Shown in pieces: positions 37,143-46,842 of a stretch of DNA of 64,000 nucleotides (its first letter is position 1; every line of letters starts with the position of its first letter). The notes under the pieces were generated by a model. That model was given only the letters and a program-made list of their open reading frames with translations, was not told where the DNA came from and made no database searches. The position numbers and the translations under genes are program-made. This DNA comes from Bacillales bacterium UBA4278 (GTDB taxonomy: Bacteria > Bacillota_I > Bacilli_A > RFN20 > CAG-826), in NCBI GenBank assembly GCA_002395065.1, contig DGVS01000007.1, positions 848 through 64,847 on the forward strand. The letters are read 5' to 3'.

Positions 37143-38861
37143 ATGGAAAAGACGATTAAATTCGAAGAGATTCCTGTAAAGAAATTCTCGTTTAAACAAA
37201 TCGAAAAGAAAATGAAAGCTTTCAACGAACAGCTAAAAGCTGCTCCCGATTTTGAAAGCGGATTTAAAGTGATTAAAGCTTATGAACGATATATGTCCAA
37301 AATGGGCACGAACTTTAATATTATTTCTGTTCGTTTCACTTTGAATACACAAGATGAAGTCATTGCTAAATATCAGGATTTAGTTGATGAAATCTCCCCG
37401 TTAATTGCTAACTTAAGCAATGAATGGAACAAGATTCTTGTTCATCTTCCATACCGTAAACAAATTGAAGAAAAGTATGGAACATACTATTTCACAATGA
37501 TTGAGAACGAACTCAAATCATTTGATGAAAAAATTATTCCTGAATTAGTTGAAATCAATAAATTATCTTCCCAATATGACAAAGTCATGGGTTCTGCCCA
37601 AATTGAATTTAGAGGCAAGATTTATAACATTCCTCAAATGGGCAAATTCTCCTCAAGCGAAGATCGTGAAACAAGAAGAGAATCGGCGATTGCAGTAGAC
37701 AAATTCTTCCAAGACCACGAACAAGAAATAGGCGACATCTATGGCAAACTTGTTTTGCTTAGAGACAAGGCCGCGAAGAAACTTGGCTTTAATGATTTCA
37801 CAGAACTTGGTTACCTTTCATTGGGTCGTGTCGACTATGATGAAAAGATGGTTGCGAACTATCGAAAACAAATTGCTGAGGAAGTTGTTCCTGTTGCGCA
37901 AAAACTCTTTAAAGATCAAGCAAATCGCCTGCAAATCCCTTATAAAAAGATGTTTGCCTATGATTACAATGTCTTCTTCAAAAGTGGAAATCCAAAGCTT
38001 GCTGGCGACTCCCATTATCTTGTCGAATCAGCTCGCAAAATGTACCACGAAATGTCTCCTGTAACTGGTGAATTCTGGGACTTTATGACCGAAAGACATC
38101 TTCTTGATCTTGAATCTCGTCCAGGAAAACAACCTGGTGGATATATGACATTCTTTGATGAATATAAGTATCCATTTATCTTCTCTAATTTTAATGGAAC
38201 CCCACACGACGTTGATGTTCTAACACATGAATTTGGTCACGCTTTACAAGGCTATTTATCAAGAAACATCAAACCAAGTGATTATCGTTCCCCAACACTT
38301 GAATCATGTGAAATTCACTCGATGTCCATGGAATTCTTTGCTGAACCATGGATGGAATTATTCTTTGGTAAAGATGCGGATAAATATCGTTATTATCATT
38401 TAAGTGATTCGATTTGCTTCTTGCCATATGGAATTACCATTGATGAGTTCCAACACTGGGTTTATAAACATCCAACTGCAACTCATGAAGAACGTTGTGC
38501 TGCATTTAAAGAAATTGAATCTCGTTATCTCCCACATAAGAAATATCCAGCCGAGATGAAAGCTGCTGGACATGGTGGATGGTGGATGAGACAATCGCAC
38601 ATCTTTGGCACCCCGTTCTATTACATTGATTACACTCTTGCTCAAGTTTGTGCTTTCCAATTTTGTGTGGAGATGCATAAGAATAGAGAAAAAGCCTGGA
38701 AAAAGTACGTTAAACTTTGTAAATTGGGTGGTAAATATCCGTTTGTTCATCTTCTTGCCAAAGCCCATCTTCGCAATCCATTTGAAGATGGTAACGTTGC
38801 CAAGGTGATTCGACCACTACGAAAAATCCTCAAAGGATTTGATACTTCAAAATTTGAATAG
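37143..38861 (+). CDS. pepF: M3B family oligoendopeptidase F
   Basis: 572 aa with the zinc motif HEFGHALQG and no signal peptide. Confidence 0.85.
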   Translation: MEKTIKFEEIPVKKFSFKQIEKKMKAFNEQLKAAPDFESGFKVIKAYERYMSKMGTNFNIISVRFTLNTQDEVIAKYQDLVDEISPLIANLSNEWNKILVHLPYRKQIEEKYGTYYFTMIENELKSFDEKIIPELVEINKLSSQYDKVMGSAQIEFRGKIYNIPQMGKFSSSEDRETRRESAIAVDKFFQDHEQEIGDIYGKLVLLRDKAAKKLGFNDFTELGYLSLGRVDYDEKMVANYRKQIAEEVVPVAQKLFKDQANRLQIPYKKMFAYDYNVFFKSGNPKLAGDSHYLVESARKMYHEMSPVTGEFWDFMTERHLLDLESRPGKQPGGYMTFFDEYKYPFIFSNFNGTPHDVDVLTHEFGHALQGYLSRNIKPSDYRSPTLESCEIHSMSMEFFAEPWMELFFGKDADKYRYYHLSDSICFLPYGITIDEFQHWVYKHPTATHEERCAAFKEIESRYLPHKKYPAEMKAAGHGGWWMRQSHIFGTPFYYIDYTLAQVCAFQFCVEMHKNREKAWKKYVKLCKLGGKYPFVHLLAKAHLRNPFEDGNVAKVIRPLRKILKGFDTSKFE

Positions 38862-38885
38862 GTTCCTTAAGGAACCTTTTCTTTT
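38861..38885 (+). terminator. rho-independent terminator
   Basis: Stem aggttcc-ttaa-ggaacct, followed by TTTCTTTT. Confidence 0.7.
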
Positions 38886-38988
38886 ACGTGTATAAAAGAA
38901 ATATAGTTTGCTTTATTTAAATAAATAACTGGTGCTATAATATTTGAGTTGAAAATTCAAAATAAATACTAAAAAGGAGGTATTTTAA

Positions 38989-39474
38989 ATGGAAGATTAT
39001 CGTACAAAATGTATCGAATTACTTGAATCCCGTGGTGTTACAGTCAACGACATCGCTGATTGTGCTCGCTTCTTACAAGCTGATTACCACGTCGACTTGA
39101 AGAAAGAAGAACTTCTCGAATCAGTCATGTCTGTCCTTTCTAAACGTGAAGTCCAAAATGCCATTATGACTGGTATTGAACTTGACGTTGCTGCCGAACA
39201 AGGCTATATGAAAGACAAAGACTTAGCCAAAATCCTTACTCGTGATGAGGGCTTATATGGTGTAGACGAAGTCTTAGCGTATGGTATTTGTAACCTCTAT
39301 GGTTCAATTGCCTTAACAAACTTTGGATTCATTGATAAAAAGAAATATGGCATCATTGCCAAATTAAACGAAGACGGTAAAGATACTGGCACTGTCAACA
39401 CATTCATCGATGACATTGTTGGTGCTATTGCTGCTTCAGCAGCTTCTCGTTTCGCTCACCGTTGGGTTAAATAA
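38989..39474 (+). CDS. yutG: phosphatidylglycerophosphatase A-like protein (YutG family)
   Basis: 161 aa, collinear with my recollection of B. subtilis YutG (LESRGV..DIA, ILTGIELD-like segment, YGSIALTNFG, FIDDIVGAIAASAASR). Confidence 0.7.
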   Translation: MEDYRTKCIELLESRGVTVNDIADCARFLQADYHVDLKKEELLESVMSVLSKREVQNAIMTGIELDVAAEQGYMKDKDLAKILTRDEGLYGVDEVLAYGICNLYGSIALTNFGFIDKKKYGIIAKLNEDGKDTGTVNTFIDDIVGAIAASAASRFAHRWVK

Positions 39475-39476
39475 TT

Positions 39477-40253
39477 ATGTTTGTGAATGGTCAATTTGTC
39501 TTAGATAATGTTGCACTCTGGATTGAGTTGATCTTTTTCCTTGTGCTTTTAGGAGCATCGATCTACATCTTACTTCGTGTTTTACGTCGTCGTGTTCCAT
39601 TTGTTATAGCAATTGGAGGGCTTTGTGCAACCATTGTTGCATGGTTCTTTGGATTGACAGCAATTTGGGTCGCTTCTTTAATTGTGACTGTTGGCTTAGT
39701 AACAGTATTTTTGGTTATTAACCAAGGTGATCTTCGACCGCTTGTTGCGAATACTTTATCTGTAAAATCTAAACGTGGTACTGAAAAAGTTTTTGATCGC
39801 CATGCTTTATACACAAGAGTATTCCAAGCAGTTGAAAACTTAAGCAAAACAAAAATTGGTGCGATTATTACGTTTGAGCGTAATACTAACCTTGATGATT
39901 TTATGAAATCTGGAACAGTGGTGAATGCTCCTGTTACACCAGAACTTCTCCAAACCATCTTTTATCCTGGCACCAGACTTCATGATGGGGCAGTTGTTAT
40001 TCGTCGCGATATGATTGCTGCCGCTTCAGTTTATTACACTCCAACGACAAAACCGCTTACTGGTAAATTCGGAAGCCGTCATCGTGCCGCCATTGGTATT
40101 AGTGAAGTTTCCGATTCTGTTACAGTTGTTGTCAGTGAAGAAACTGGAAGAATTTCTCTTGCTGTTGGAGGCGAATTAATCCATGTTACTCCAGACTCAT
40201 TTATGAGAGTTCTTGAGGACTATATGTTCGCCGAAAACGATAAAGAAGAATAG
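39477..40253 (+). CDS. cdaA: diadenylate cyclase CdaA
   Basis: 258 aa with three N-terminal TMs and a DAC domain (HDGAVVIR, GSRHRAAIGISE, VVVSEETGRIS). Confidence 0.92.
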   Translation: MFVNGQFVLDNVALWIELIFFLVLLGASIYILLRVLRRRVPFVIAIGGLCATIVAWFFGLTAIWVASLIVTVGLVTVFLVINQGDLRPLVANTLSVKSKRGTEKVFDRHALYTRVFQAVENLSKTKIGAIITFERNTNLDDFMKSGTVVNAPVTPELLQTIFYPGTRLHDGAVVIRRDMIAAASVYYTPTTKPLTGKFGSRHRAAIGISEVSDSVTVVVSEETGRISLAVGGELIHVTPDSFMRVLEDYMFAENDKEE

Positions 40254-40267
40254 CAATTAAAAATTTC

Positions 40268-40299
40268 AAAAATAACCGACAATTCTCGGTTATTTTTTA
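40268..40299 (+). terminator. rho-independent terminator
   Basis: Stem aataaccga pairs with tcggttatt around a 6-nt loop, followed by TTTTT. Confidence 0.75.
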
Positions 40300-40341
40300 T
40301 TTTGTTTTCAATTGAAATTATTACTATGTTATAATTTCCAT

Positions 40342-40950
40342 ATGAAGTATCAAGAATTTTATGATTTTGTGGTAAAAGTCCACTCAATTGCTAAAATCGG
40401 TTTAACTTATTCTACCGACGCATACGCTATTGATAACTATAAAGAATTAAATGAATTATCTCGCGAAATGCTCGAGAAATTTTGTGATGTAAAGTTTGAT
40501 CGTCCAAGTATGTTCGAACGCGATATTTATCCAACTCCATCAATCTCATCTCGAACAATAATTGTAAATAAGAAACACGAAATTCTTTTAGTTAGAGAAG
40601 CGAATTCTGGATTATGGTCCCTTCCAGGTGGATGGGCTGATTTATATGACTCCCCATCTCAGGCGGCATTTAATGAAGTTTCTCAAGAAGCCGGAATTGA
40701 ACCAGAAATTGTTCGACTAGTTGCTTTACTTGAAAGAACTCCACACAAATCAAATAAGAATGTTCCTGAATATGTGATGGTTTTTGAAGGGAAGATTGAT
40801 GAGAGCAAGTTCCATGACCATTGTCACGAAGTGACTGATGTTAAGTTCTTCCCGATGGATAAGCTTCCAGAAATGTCAAAAAAGATGTCTAAGGAAGAAC
40901 GAGATCGTATCTTTAAAGCGTACGAAGATGGAACAACAATTTTTGATTAG
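40342..40950 (+). CDS. NUDIX hydrolase with an N-terminal Nudix_N-type helical domain
   Basis: 202 aa from ATG 40342, with TGtTATAAT 6 nt upstream. The Nudix box is GGWADLYDSPSQAAFNEVSQEAGIE. Confidence 0.75.
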   Translation: MKYQEFYDFVVKVHSIAKIGLTYSTDAYAIDNYKELNELSREMLEKFCDVKFDRPSMFERDIYPTPSISSRTIIVNKKHEILLVREANSGLWSLPGGWADLYDSPSQAAFNEVSQEAGIEPEIVRLVALLERTPHKSNKNVPEYVMVFEGKIDESKFHDHCHEVTDVKFFPMDKLPEMSKKMSKEERDRIFKAYEDGTTIFD

Positions 40951-41008
40951 ATAATGAAATCTATTCTGCTATTTGATAAAATATCAAGCGGACAATAAGG
41001 AGATTTAT

Positions 41009-41725
41009 ATGGCTACACCACATAATGAGGCTAAAAAAGGCGATATTGCGAAAGTCGTTTTAATGCCTGGCGATCCAAATCGTGCAAGATGGATTGCCGA
41101 AAACTTTTTACATGATGTGAAACTTGTTAATCAAGTTCGCGGAAACCTTTGCTTTACTGGTTTAACCAAGAACGGAAAACGTGTTTCAGTTATGGCTTCT
41201 GGTATGGGACATCCATCCATTGGTATTTATTCTCATGAACTTTTTGCCGAATATGATGTTGAGACAATTATTCGTGTCGGAACATGCGGATCATACCAAC
41301 CAAACATCGATTTCTTTGATGTTTTGCTTTGCGCCGGTGCTTCTACCGACTCCAATTGGATGAGCCAATATGGATTAAATGGAACATATTCAGCTTTAGC
41401 TGATTTTGATGTTTTACTTAAAGCGCGTGAAGTTCTTTTAAAGAAGAAATATCCACATCACATTGGAAACATTTTTGCTGCCGATGTCTTCTATGATCAT
41501 GATAAGGAAATCTGGAAGAAGTGGGCTGCTTTAGGAATTATGGGTGTAGAAATGGAATCTTACGCCTTATATGTCACTGCTAAAGAACTTGGCAAGCATG
41601 CTTTAACTATGTTAACTGTTACTGATAGTTTCGTTAAAGAGGGTCGCTTGACTGCTGAACAACGTCAAACTGGACTTCATAACATGATTGATGTTGCGAT
41701 TGAAACCGCTGAATCATTTGCATAA
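41009..41725 (+). CDS. deoD: purine nucleoside phosphorylase DeoD-type
   Basis: 238 aa. The N-terminus MATPHNEAKKGDIAKVVLMPGDPNRARWIAENFL nearly matches E. coli DeoD. An AAGGAG SD is present. Confidence 0.95.
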   Translation: MATPHNEAKKGDIAKVVLMPGDPNRARWIAENFLHDVKLVNQVRGNLCFTGLTKNGKRVSVMASGMGHPSIGIYSHELFAEYDVETIIRVGTCGSYQPNIDFFDVLLCAGASTDSNWMSQYGLNGTYSALADFDVLLKAREVLLKKKYPHHIGNIFAADVFYDHDKEIWKKWAALGIMGVEMESYALYVTAKELGKHALTMLTVTDSFVKEGRLTAEQRQTGLHNMIDVAIETAESFA

Positions 41726-41729
41726 TAAG

Positions 41730-42332
41730 ATGTCCGTCTTATTTGTTGTTTTAATTATTCTGCTTGGAGTTGCAATAGTTTTAACTATTGCTTTTCCTTA
41801 CATTTATCGATTTGTTTATCGAAAAAAGTATCGTGAAATCTATGGACATAAAGTTTATCGCTTAGCGATGAACAAAGATTATTACTTAATTAATCTTTTG
41901 ACTCTTAAGAGTCATGATAACTCTAAACTTGTGATTGATCACTTAATGTTTGCAAACAAGTTTATCTATGTCTTCTATGATTTCTATTGTGAGGCAGATT
42001 TATATGGCAAAAGTACCGATAACTCCTTTTTGTTAAAAGGAAAGAACAAAAACTCTTATATTGATAATCCGGTACTAATCGCCAAAAAACAACTCAAAGA
42101 ATTATCATCTATTATCAGCTTAGATGAATCCTTATTTGTGCCAATCGCACTAGTTAATGATTCGTGTAATATCATCAATCATGATGATGAACACTCCCTT
42201 GTTTATATTCGTAAACTAAAAGAAGCAATTCGCTTTTATGAGAGCAAGGATGTTAAACCGCTTAACCAAGAACAAATGATGTATGCGGTTCACGACATCT
42301 CCTGTATTAATTTAAGAGACAAAAAAGAATGA
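41730..42332 (+). CDS. TM-anchored NERD-like (nuclease-related domain) protein
   Basis: 200 aa with one N-terminal TM. The segment IDHLMFANKFIYVFYDFY...G resembles the NERD core. It starts 5 nt after the deoD stop. Confidence 0.45.
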   Translation: MSVLFVVLIILLGVAIVLTIAFPYIYRFVYRKKYREIYGHKVYRLAMNKDYYLINLLTLKSHDNSKLVIDHLMFANKFIYVFYDFYCEADLYGKSTDNSFLLKGKNKNSYIDNPVLIAKKQLKELSSIISLDESLFVPIALVNDSCNIINHDDEHSLVYIRKLKEAIRFYESKDVKPLNQEQMMYAVHDISCINLRDKKE

Positions 42333-43378
42333 TTGGAAAAGAAAGCTGGAAAGATTACAAAAAAGACTTCTCTGTCAAATTAACTTTAACAGTGATGTAT
42401 GTTTTCATTTTGGCATGCTCGTTACTTCTAAATATTTTTAGTGGCGTGACAATGATTTTAACCATTCCTTTTATTGTTCTACCATTTACTTTTGCATATC
42501 TCTCCACACTTGCTGGAATCGACGTTTCAAAAAACGCTCCAATTAAGTCATTTTTCTTCTTTTATCCGCTCTATTTCCAAGGCATCTTTTTTAGTGGATT
42601 TAAAGCGATTGTTGGTTTCCTAAAAGCAATCCTTATTTCAATCATCTTTAGCACGGTTTTAACACTTATTCTTTATTACGCTTATTTGAAGGTTCAACCA
42701 GGATTTGCGGAGATTTTGACTGAAATTGAGGCTGCAAAAGACGTTTCATCAATGCGTGTTGCCATGGATAAATTTATGGCGTTTGAACCAGCAAATATTA
42801 CAATAACAATTTCTTCAATTTCTGGATCATTTTTTGGATGTTATACGTTTATTAGACATTGCTTAATTAATAGTGAAAAATTCTATGTTAATTTAATGAC
42901 AACAAAGCCAATGCCAATGAAGGCTATTAATCGCCTTTATGCTCTAGCATCTCGTAACAGAAGAAAAGAGTTTTTAAAAGAATATTATGGTGCTGTTTGG
43001 TATGTCGCTTTGTGGTTTATTATCACCTTTGCTGGTGGTGCAACCGGATCACTACTTCTTTTAAAACTTGATGCCACTCGTTCTTTATTTATTGGCTTAT
43101 TTGTATCTTTGATCCTTTTAATTCCATTTATTCCATACTACTTTTGTGTTTTAAGAAATATCTTCATTGCTTCTAGTGATGATTATTCCAAAGCTTCGAT
43201 TGAGTTAAGTGAAAGAACTTTAGCCGAACTACAGCGAAATAACCAACTCACCGAAGAAGATCGAAGCAAAATTGAAGAAGAAATTAAGAAAAGCAAAGAA
43301 GAATATGAGAAGATGCTAAAAGAGGCTGAAGAGGCCGAGAAAAAAGCGCAAGAGAAACAACAAGAAAATAAAAAATAA
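42329..43378 (+). CDS. polytopic membrane protein with a K/E-rich coiled-coil tail
   Basis: 349 aa with about 7 hydrophobic segments. It has an ATGA overlap with the upstream gene. No motif recognised. Confidence 0.6.
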   Translation: MIGKESWKDYKKDFSVKLTLTVMYVFILACSLLLNIFSGVTMILTIPFIVLPFTFAYLSTLAGIDVSKNAPIKSFFFFYPLYFQGIFFSGFKAIVGFLKAILISIIFSTVLTLILYYAYLKVQPGFAEILTEIEAAKDVSSMRVAMDKFMAFEPANITITISSISGSFFGCYTFIRHCLINSEKFYVNLMTTKPMPMKAINRLYALASRNRRKEFLKEYYGAVWYVALWFIITFAGGATGSLLLLKLDATRSLFIGLFVSLILLIPFIPYYFCVLRNIFIASSDDYSKASIELSERTLAELQRNNQLTEEDRSKIEEEIKKSKEEYEKMLKEAEEAEKKAQEKQQENKK

Positions 43379-43402
43379 ACAGTGCATAGCACTGTTTTTT
43401 CT
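43378..43402. terminator. bidirectional hairpin terminator
   Basis: Stem acagtgc-ata-gcactgt flanked by A and T runs, between convergent genes. Confidence 0.7.
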
Positions 43403-43407
43403 TCCTT

Positions 43408-43481
43408 TGGAGCAGATGACGGGAATCGAACCCGCATAACTACCTTGGCAAGGTAGTGTTCTACCACTGAACTACATCTGC
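43408..43481 (-). tRNA. tRNA-Gly (anticodon GCC)
   Basis: The reverse complement folds as a 74-nt cloverleaf with anticodon loop ttGCCaa. CCA is encoded. Confidence 0.85.
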
Positions 43482-43549
43482 AATTCAGCGTTTATTATTA
43501 TAAAAAATAATGTATAATACTTCAAGACAAATATTGAGAAACAAATTTT

Positions 43550-45214
43550 ATGGCAAACTTTACTGAATTAGCAAACTACATCTTCCCAGAAATTAACGAA
43601 ACAATCGAAGATTTAGAGAAGAAATATCCTCCAAGAAAGCTTCCAGAAGGAGCGGAAGTAACTCGTTTTGCTCCAAGCCCAACCGGATTCCTTCATCTTG
43701 GATCTCTTTTTACATCCTTAGTTGCTCATAAAGTTGCTAAAGACACCAAAGGTGTTTTTTATCTTAGATTAGAAGATACTGATACCAAACGCGAAATCGA
43801 AGGTAGTGGTGAAGAACTTGTTCGTCAACTTTCTTTTTTTGGTGTTGCACCTGAAGAAGGATATCTTGGTGAAAAAGATGTTGGCGAATATGGCCCATAT
43901 CGACAAAGCGAACGTGAACATATTTATCGTGTTTGTATTAAAGAATTAATGCTTAAAGGACGTGCGTATCCATGTTTCTGTTCAGCAGAACAACTTGAAG
44001 AAACTCGCGAAATCCAGGAAATGAATAAAGAAATTCCTGGATATTACGGTGATTATGCCATTTGTCGTAACATTGATCCAAATGATGCTTTAGCACGTAT
44101 TAAAAACGGAGAACCTTATGTCATCCGTTTCCGCTCTTTGGGAAACCACAACAATAAGGTGACATTCCATGATGAAATTCGTGGCGATATCTCTATTGCT
44201 GAAAATGACCTCGATATTGTCATTATGAAATCTGATGGTTTACCAACATATCACTTTGCCCATGCGGTTGACGATCACTTTATGAGAACGACAACAGTTA
44301 TCCGTGGCGAGGAATGGATTTCGTCCGCACCAATTCATTTAGAATTATTTGATGCCTTAGGCTTTAAACTTCCTCGTTACGCTCACCTTCCAGTGATTAT
44401 GAAGCTTGATAACGGAAATAAACGTAAGCTTTCGAAACGTAAAGATCCGGAAGCAAGTGTCTCCCACTTCATAGAAGGCGGCTATCCAGCAGAAGCCCTT
44501 AAAGCTTACTTAATGAGCATCGCCAATTCTAACTTTGAAGAATGGACTGCTGAGAACAAATCATACAATATTGATGACTTTAAGTTCTCCTTCTCAAAAA
44601 TGAGTCTTGATGGTGTTCTTTTTGACCAAGACAAACTCGATTTCTTTAGTAAGGAAGTTATCGCACTATTTAGTGCAGAAGAACTTTACAAACGTTGTTT
44701 AGAGTGGTCTGAAAAATTTGACGTGAAACTCAATAAATTTTTGAATAAATACCAGCAAATCTCGGTTAAAGCATTAAATATCGAACGTGGTGGAGAGAAG
44801 GCAAGAAAAGACTTTAGCAACTATTCTCAAGTCTACCCAATTATCGGTTTCTTCTATCCAGAAAGATATGCCGAAATTGTTAAAGATGGTTATCCATTTA
44901 ACCCAGCAATTGAGTCTTCTCTTGCTAAAAATGTTTTAGAAGATTTTGCCAAGAGTAATGACTACTCCCTTGCGAATGATGTTTGGTTCTCAACAGTGAA
45001 AGAACTTGGTGTTAGACATGGTTTTGCTGAATCTGGAAAAATCTATAAACAAGCACCAGATCAATATAAAGGTCATGTTGGGGATGTCGCGGAAATGATT
45101 CGCGTTGCTCTTTGCGGAGCGAAAAATTCTCCAAATCTTTACTGTGTCCTACAAATCTTAGGCAAAGAAGAAGTAAATCGTCGTATTAATTTAGCTGTGA
45201 CTAGTTTAAAATAA
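43550..45214 (+). CDS. gltX: glutamate--tRNA ligase (long form)
   Basis: 554 aa with the HIGH region RFAPSPTGFLHLGS, then LRLEDTD, and the KMSKS-like KLSKRK. Confidence 0.9.
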   Translation: MANFTELANYIFPEINETIEDLEKKYPPRKLPEGAEVTRFAPSPTGFLHLGSLFTSLVAHKVAKDTKGVFYLRLEDTDTKREIEGSGEELVRQLSFFGVAPEEGYLGEKDVGEYGPYRQSEREHIYRVCIKELMLKGRAYPCFCSAEQLEETREIQEMNKEIPGYYGDYAICRNIDPNDALARIKNGEPYVIRFRSLGNHNNKVTFHDEIRGDISIAENDLDIVIMKSDGLPTYHFAHAVDDHFMRTTTVIRGEEWISSAPIHLELFDALGFKLPRYAHLPVIMKLDNGNKRKLSKRKDPEASVSHFIEGGYPAEALKAYLMSIANSNFEEWTAENKSYNIDDFKFSFSKMSLDGVLFDQDKLDFFSKEVIALFSAEELYKRCLEWSEKFDVKLNKFLNKYQQISVKALNIERGGEKARKDFSNYSQVYPIIGFFYPERYAEIVKDGYPFNPAIESSLAKNVLEDFAKSNDYSLANDVWFSTVKELGVRHGFAESGKIYKQAPDQYKGHVGDVAEMIRVALCGAKNSPNLYCVLQILGKEEVNRRINLAVTSLK

Positions 45215-45221
45215 TCACACT

Positions 45222-45293
45222 GGCCCTATGGTCAAGCGGCTAAGACGCAACCCTCTCAAGGTTGAATCGAGAGTTCGATTCTCTCTAGGGTCA
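45222..45293 (+). tRNA. tRNA-Glu (anticodon CUC)
   Basis: 72-nt cloverleaf collinear with Bacillus tRNA-Glu, with anticodon loop ctCTCaa. The 3' flank is ACCC. Confidence 0.8.
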
Positions 45294-45299
45294 CCCGTA

Positions 45300-45340
45300 A
45301 AAAAATACCCGTTTCCAAGTCGGAACGGGTTTTTCTTTTG
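45300..45340. terminator. bidirectional hairpin terminator
   Basis: Stem acccgtt(t)cc pairs with ggaacgggt, flanked by A6 and T-runs. It separates tRNA-Glu from the convergent minus-strand gene. Confidence 0.7.
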
Positions 45341-45349
45341 GGTGACCAA

Positions 45350-46429
45350 TTAATCAAATCTTAGAACTGGATACCTACGGCGTATTGAAGTAACCTCATA
45401 TTCAATGTCTTTTAATTTACTAAGCTGCATTGAACTAATCTCGTTACCTTCTTTAATTAAGGATTTGATTTCAGCTGATTCCGTCATAAAGGATTGTTCT
45501 AGTGAACGAATGGCAAATGTATTTTCTTGAATGGTTTTTTCGAGCGATTTTAGTGAAGAATTGATAGAGTTTTCTAATGAATCAATCTTTTCCATTAACT
45601 CATTGTGACGGAGCTGAGCATCTAAAAGTTGTAGAGCTTGATAAATATTCGCTGCACGGTTAGATGACATTAGATAAATCAAATAATCCAAATATTTGTA
45701 ATCTTCTTTTTTGATAATGAAAGTGGTGTTATTGAATTGATTTTCAGTGTAGCGTAGTTCATCCACATACTTTTTGGCTAACTTGTTATCATCGTCAATG
45801 ATTTTTTTGTATCGAGCAACTTCATTGTCGTAAGCCTGCTTGGCTTTTTCGTGTGGAAGATATGGATCCTTCTTTTGTCCAAATCTTCCAAATAAATATC
45901 CATTAAGTGCATATATTTCGTTTTCACGCTTTCGCCAGATTGGTAAAGAAATTAACCAGGAGACCATTAGTCCAAATCCTACAATCAATAACGCTCCAAT
46001 TGCAAACACAAGGGCGAAAACAATTAGTGCAAAGAGATGGAAGATAACTTGGAAGAATACGGAATATGCCCATGTGGAAATGTGCAACCATTCTTCTTTA
46101 AAAATAAAGAACACAGTGCCACCAGCAACAACTCCGACAATAGCAGTGATGATATAAATCAAAGTATCTAATGAACGTAAATAATCGATCGGATTAATAA
46201 ATCCATATCTTTTACACTTCAATTCATCGTATCTTTGTTTGAATTTGATTAATTCCGGTTTAAATTTGAGACTATTATTATATTTGCGGTTTTCTTCTCT
46301 AATGTATTCTTGTTGTTTTTCAATATGCTTGGCAATATCAACAAGATCGCGTTTCCTTTTTTCGCGTAAAGCAAAAAGATAGGACATTCTGGCTCGAAGT
46401 TCGAGTAGTTTTTCTAAATCAGAATTCAT
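45350..46429 (-). CDS. hypothetical membrane protein with flanking coiled coils
   Basis: 359 aa. It has an N-terminal K/R/E-rich helix, about 3-4 central TM helices and a C-terminal heptad-like region. No motif recognised. Confidence 0.6.
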   Translation of the reverse strand: MNSDLEKLLELRARMSYLFALREKRKRDLVDIAKHIEKQQEYIREENRKYNNSLKFKPELIKFKQRYDELKCKRYGFINPIDYLRSLDTLIYIITAIVGVVAGGTVFFIFKEEWLHISTWAYSVFFQVIFHLFALIVFALVFAIGALLIVGFGLMVSWLISLPIWRKRENEIYALNGYLFGRFGQKKDPYLPHEKAKQAYDNEVARYKKIIDDDNKLAKKYVDELRYTENQFNNTTFIIKKEDYKYLDYLIYLMSSNRAANIYQALQLLDAQLRHNELMEKIDSLENSINSSLKSLEKTIQENTFAIRSLEQSFMTESAEIKSLIKEGNEISSMQLSKLKDIEYEVTSIRRRYPVLRFD

Positions 46430-46467
46430 ATGTTTATCTTAAAGATATTTTCTTTGTCTGTCTATAA

Positions 46468-46497
46468 ATAAAAAAACTCGCCACAAATGTAGCGAGT
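46468..46497 (-). terminator. rho-independent terminator (minus strand) after the 83-aa gene
   Basis: On the minus strand, stem ctcgc pairs with gcgag, followed by TTTTTTT. Confidence 0.55.
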
Positions 46498-46515
46498 CGT
46501 CGTTTTCTAAATTAA

Positions 46516-46767
46516 TTAACCCATACGGAAGAATTTTCCGTCAGAATAAACCCAAGCGCCAACAACGCGAGAAAAGTTTGAATTGGTTCCATGAGCAACA
46601 TCATTATTATAGAAATAATTCTCCGCTCCACCTTGTGTCATAAACTTTTCAGCGTTTCCAGCGCTAGATGTTGTCATAATATGATCGCCCCTTTTCGTCA
46701 TTAAAAAGGCTTTTTCTCCATCAGCAAACTGAAGATAAATGCAATACTTGCCAAAAACAAATCCCAT
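46516..46767 (-). CDS. hypothetical small protein (83 aa)
   Basis: SD AAAGGAGAAA precedes the ATG and the gene has its own terminator. No motif recognised. Confidence 0.5.
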   Translation of the reverse strand: MGFVFGKYCIYLQFADGEKAFLMTKRGDHIMTTSSAGNAEKFMTQGGAENYFYNNDVAHGTNSNFSRVVGAWVYSDGKFFRMG

Positions 46768-46842
46768 GATTAGATTTCTCCTTTGTTAACTTAATCATAA
46801 CATTGATATATAAAATAATTAAATTAAAATTAGAAGATAGAT

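Noticed and set aside
39477-40253. cdaA lacking its usual partners cdaR and glmM as a sign of an unusual c-di-AMP module.
   Set aside because: The partners may simply be encoded elsewhere. The gene itself looks canonical and a terminator follows directly. One window does not give enough evidence.
43482-43549. A T-box riboswitch upstream of gltX.
   Set aside because: Only about 68 nt of intergenic sequence is available. It contains a TGTATAAT promoter, which is too short for a T-box, and shows no specifier or antiterminator structure.
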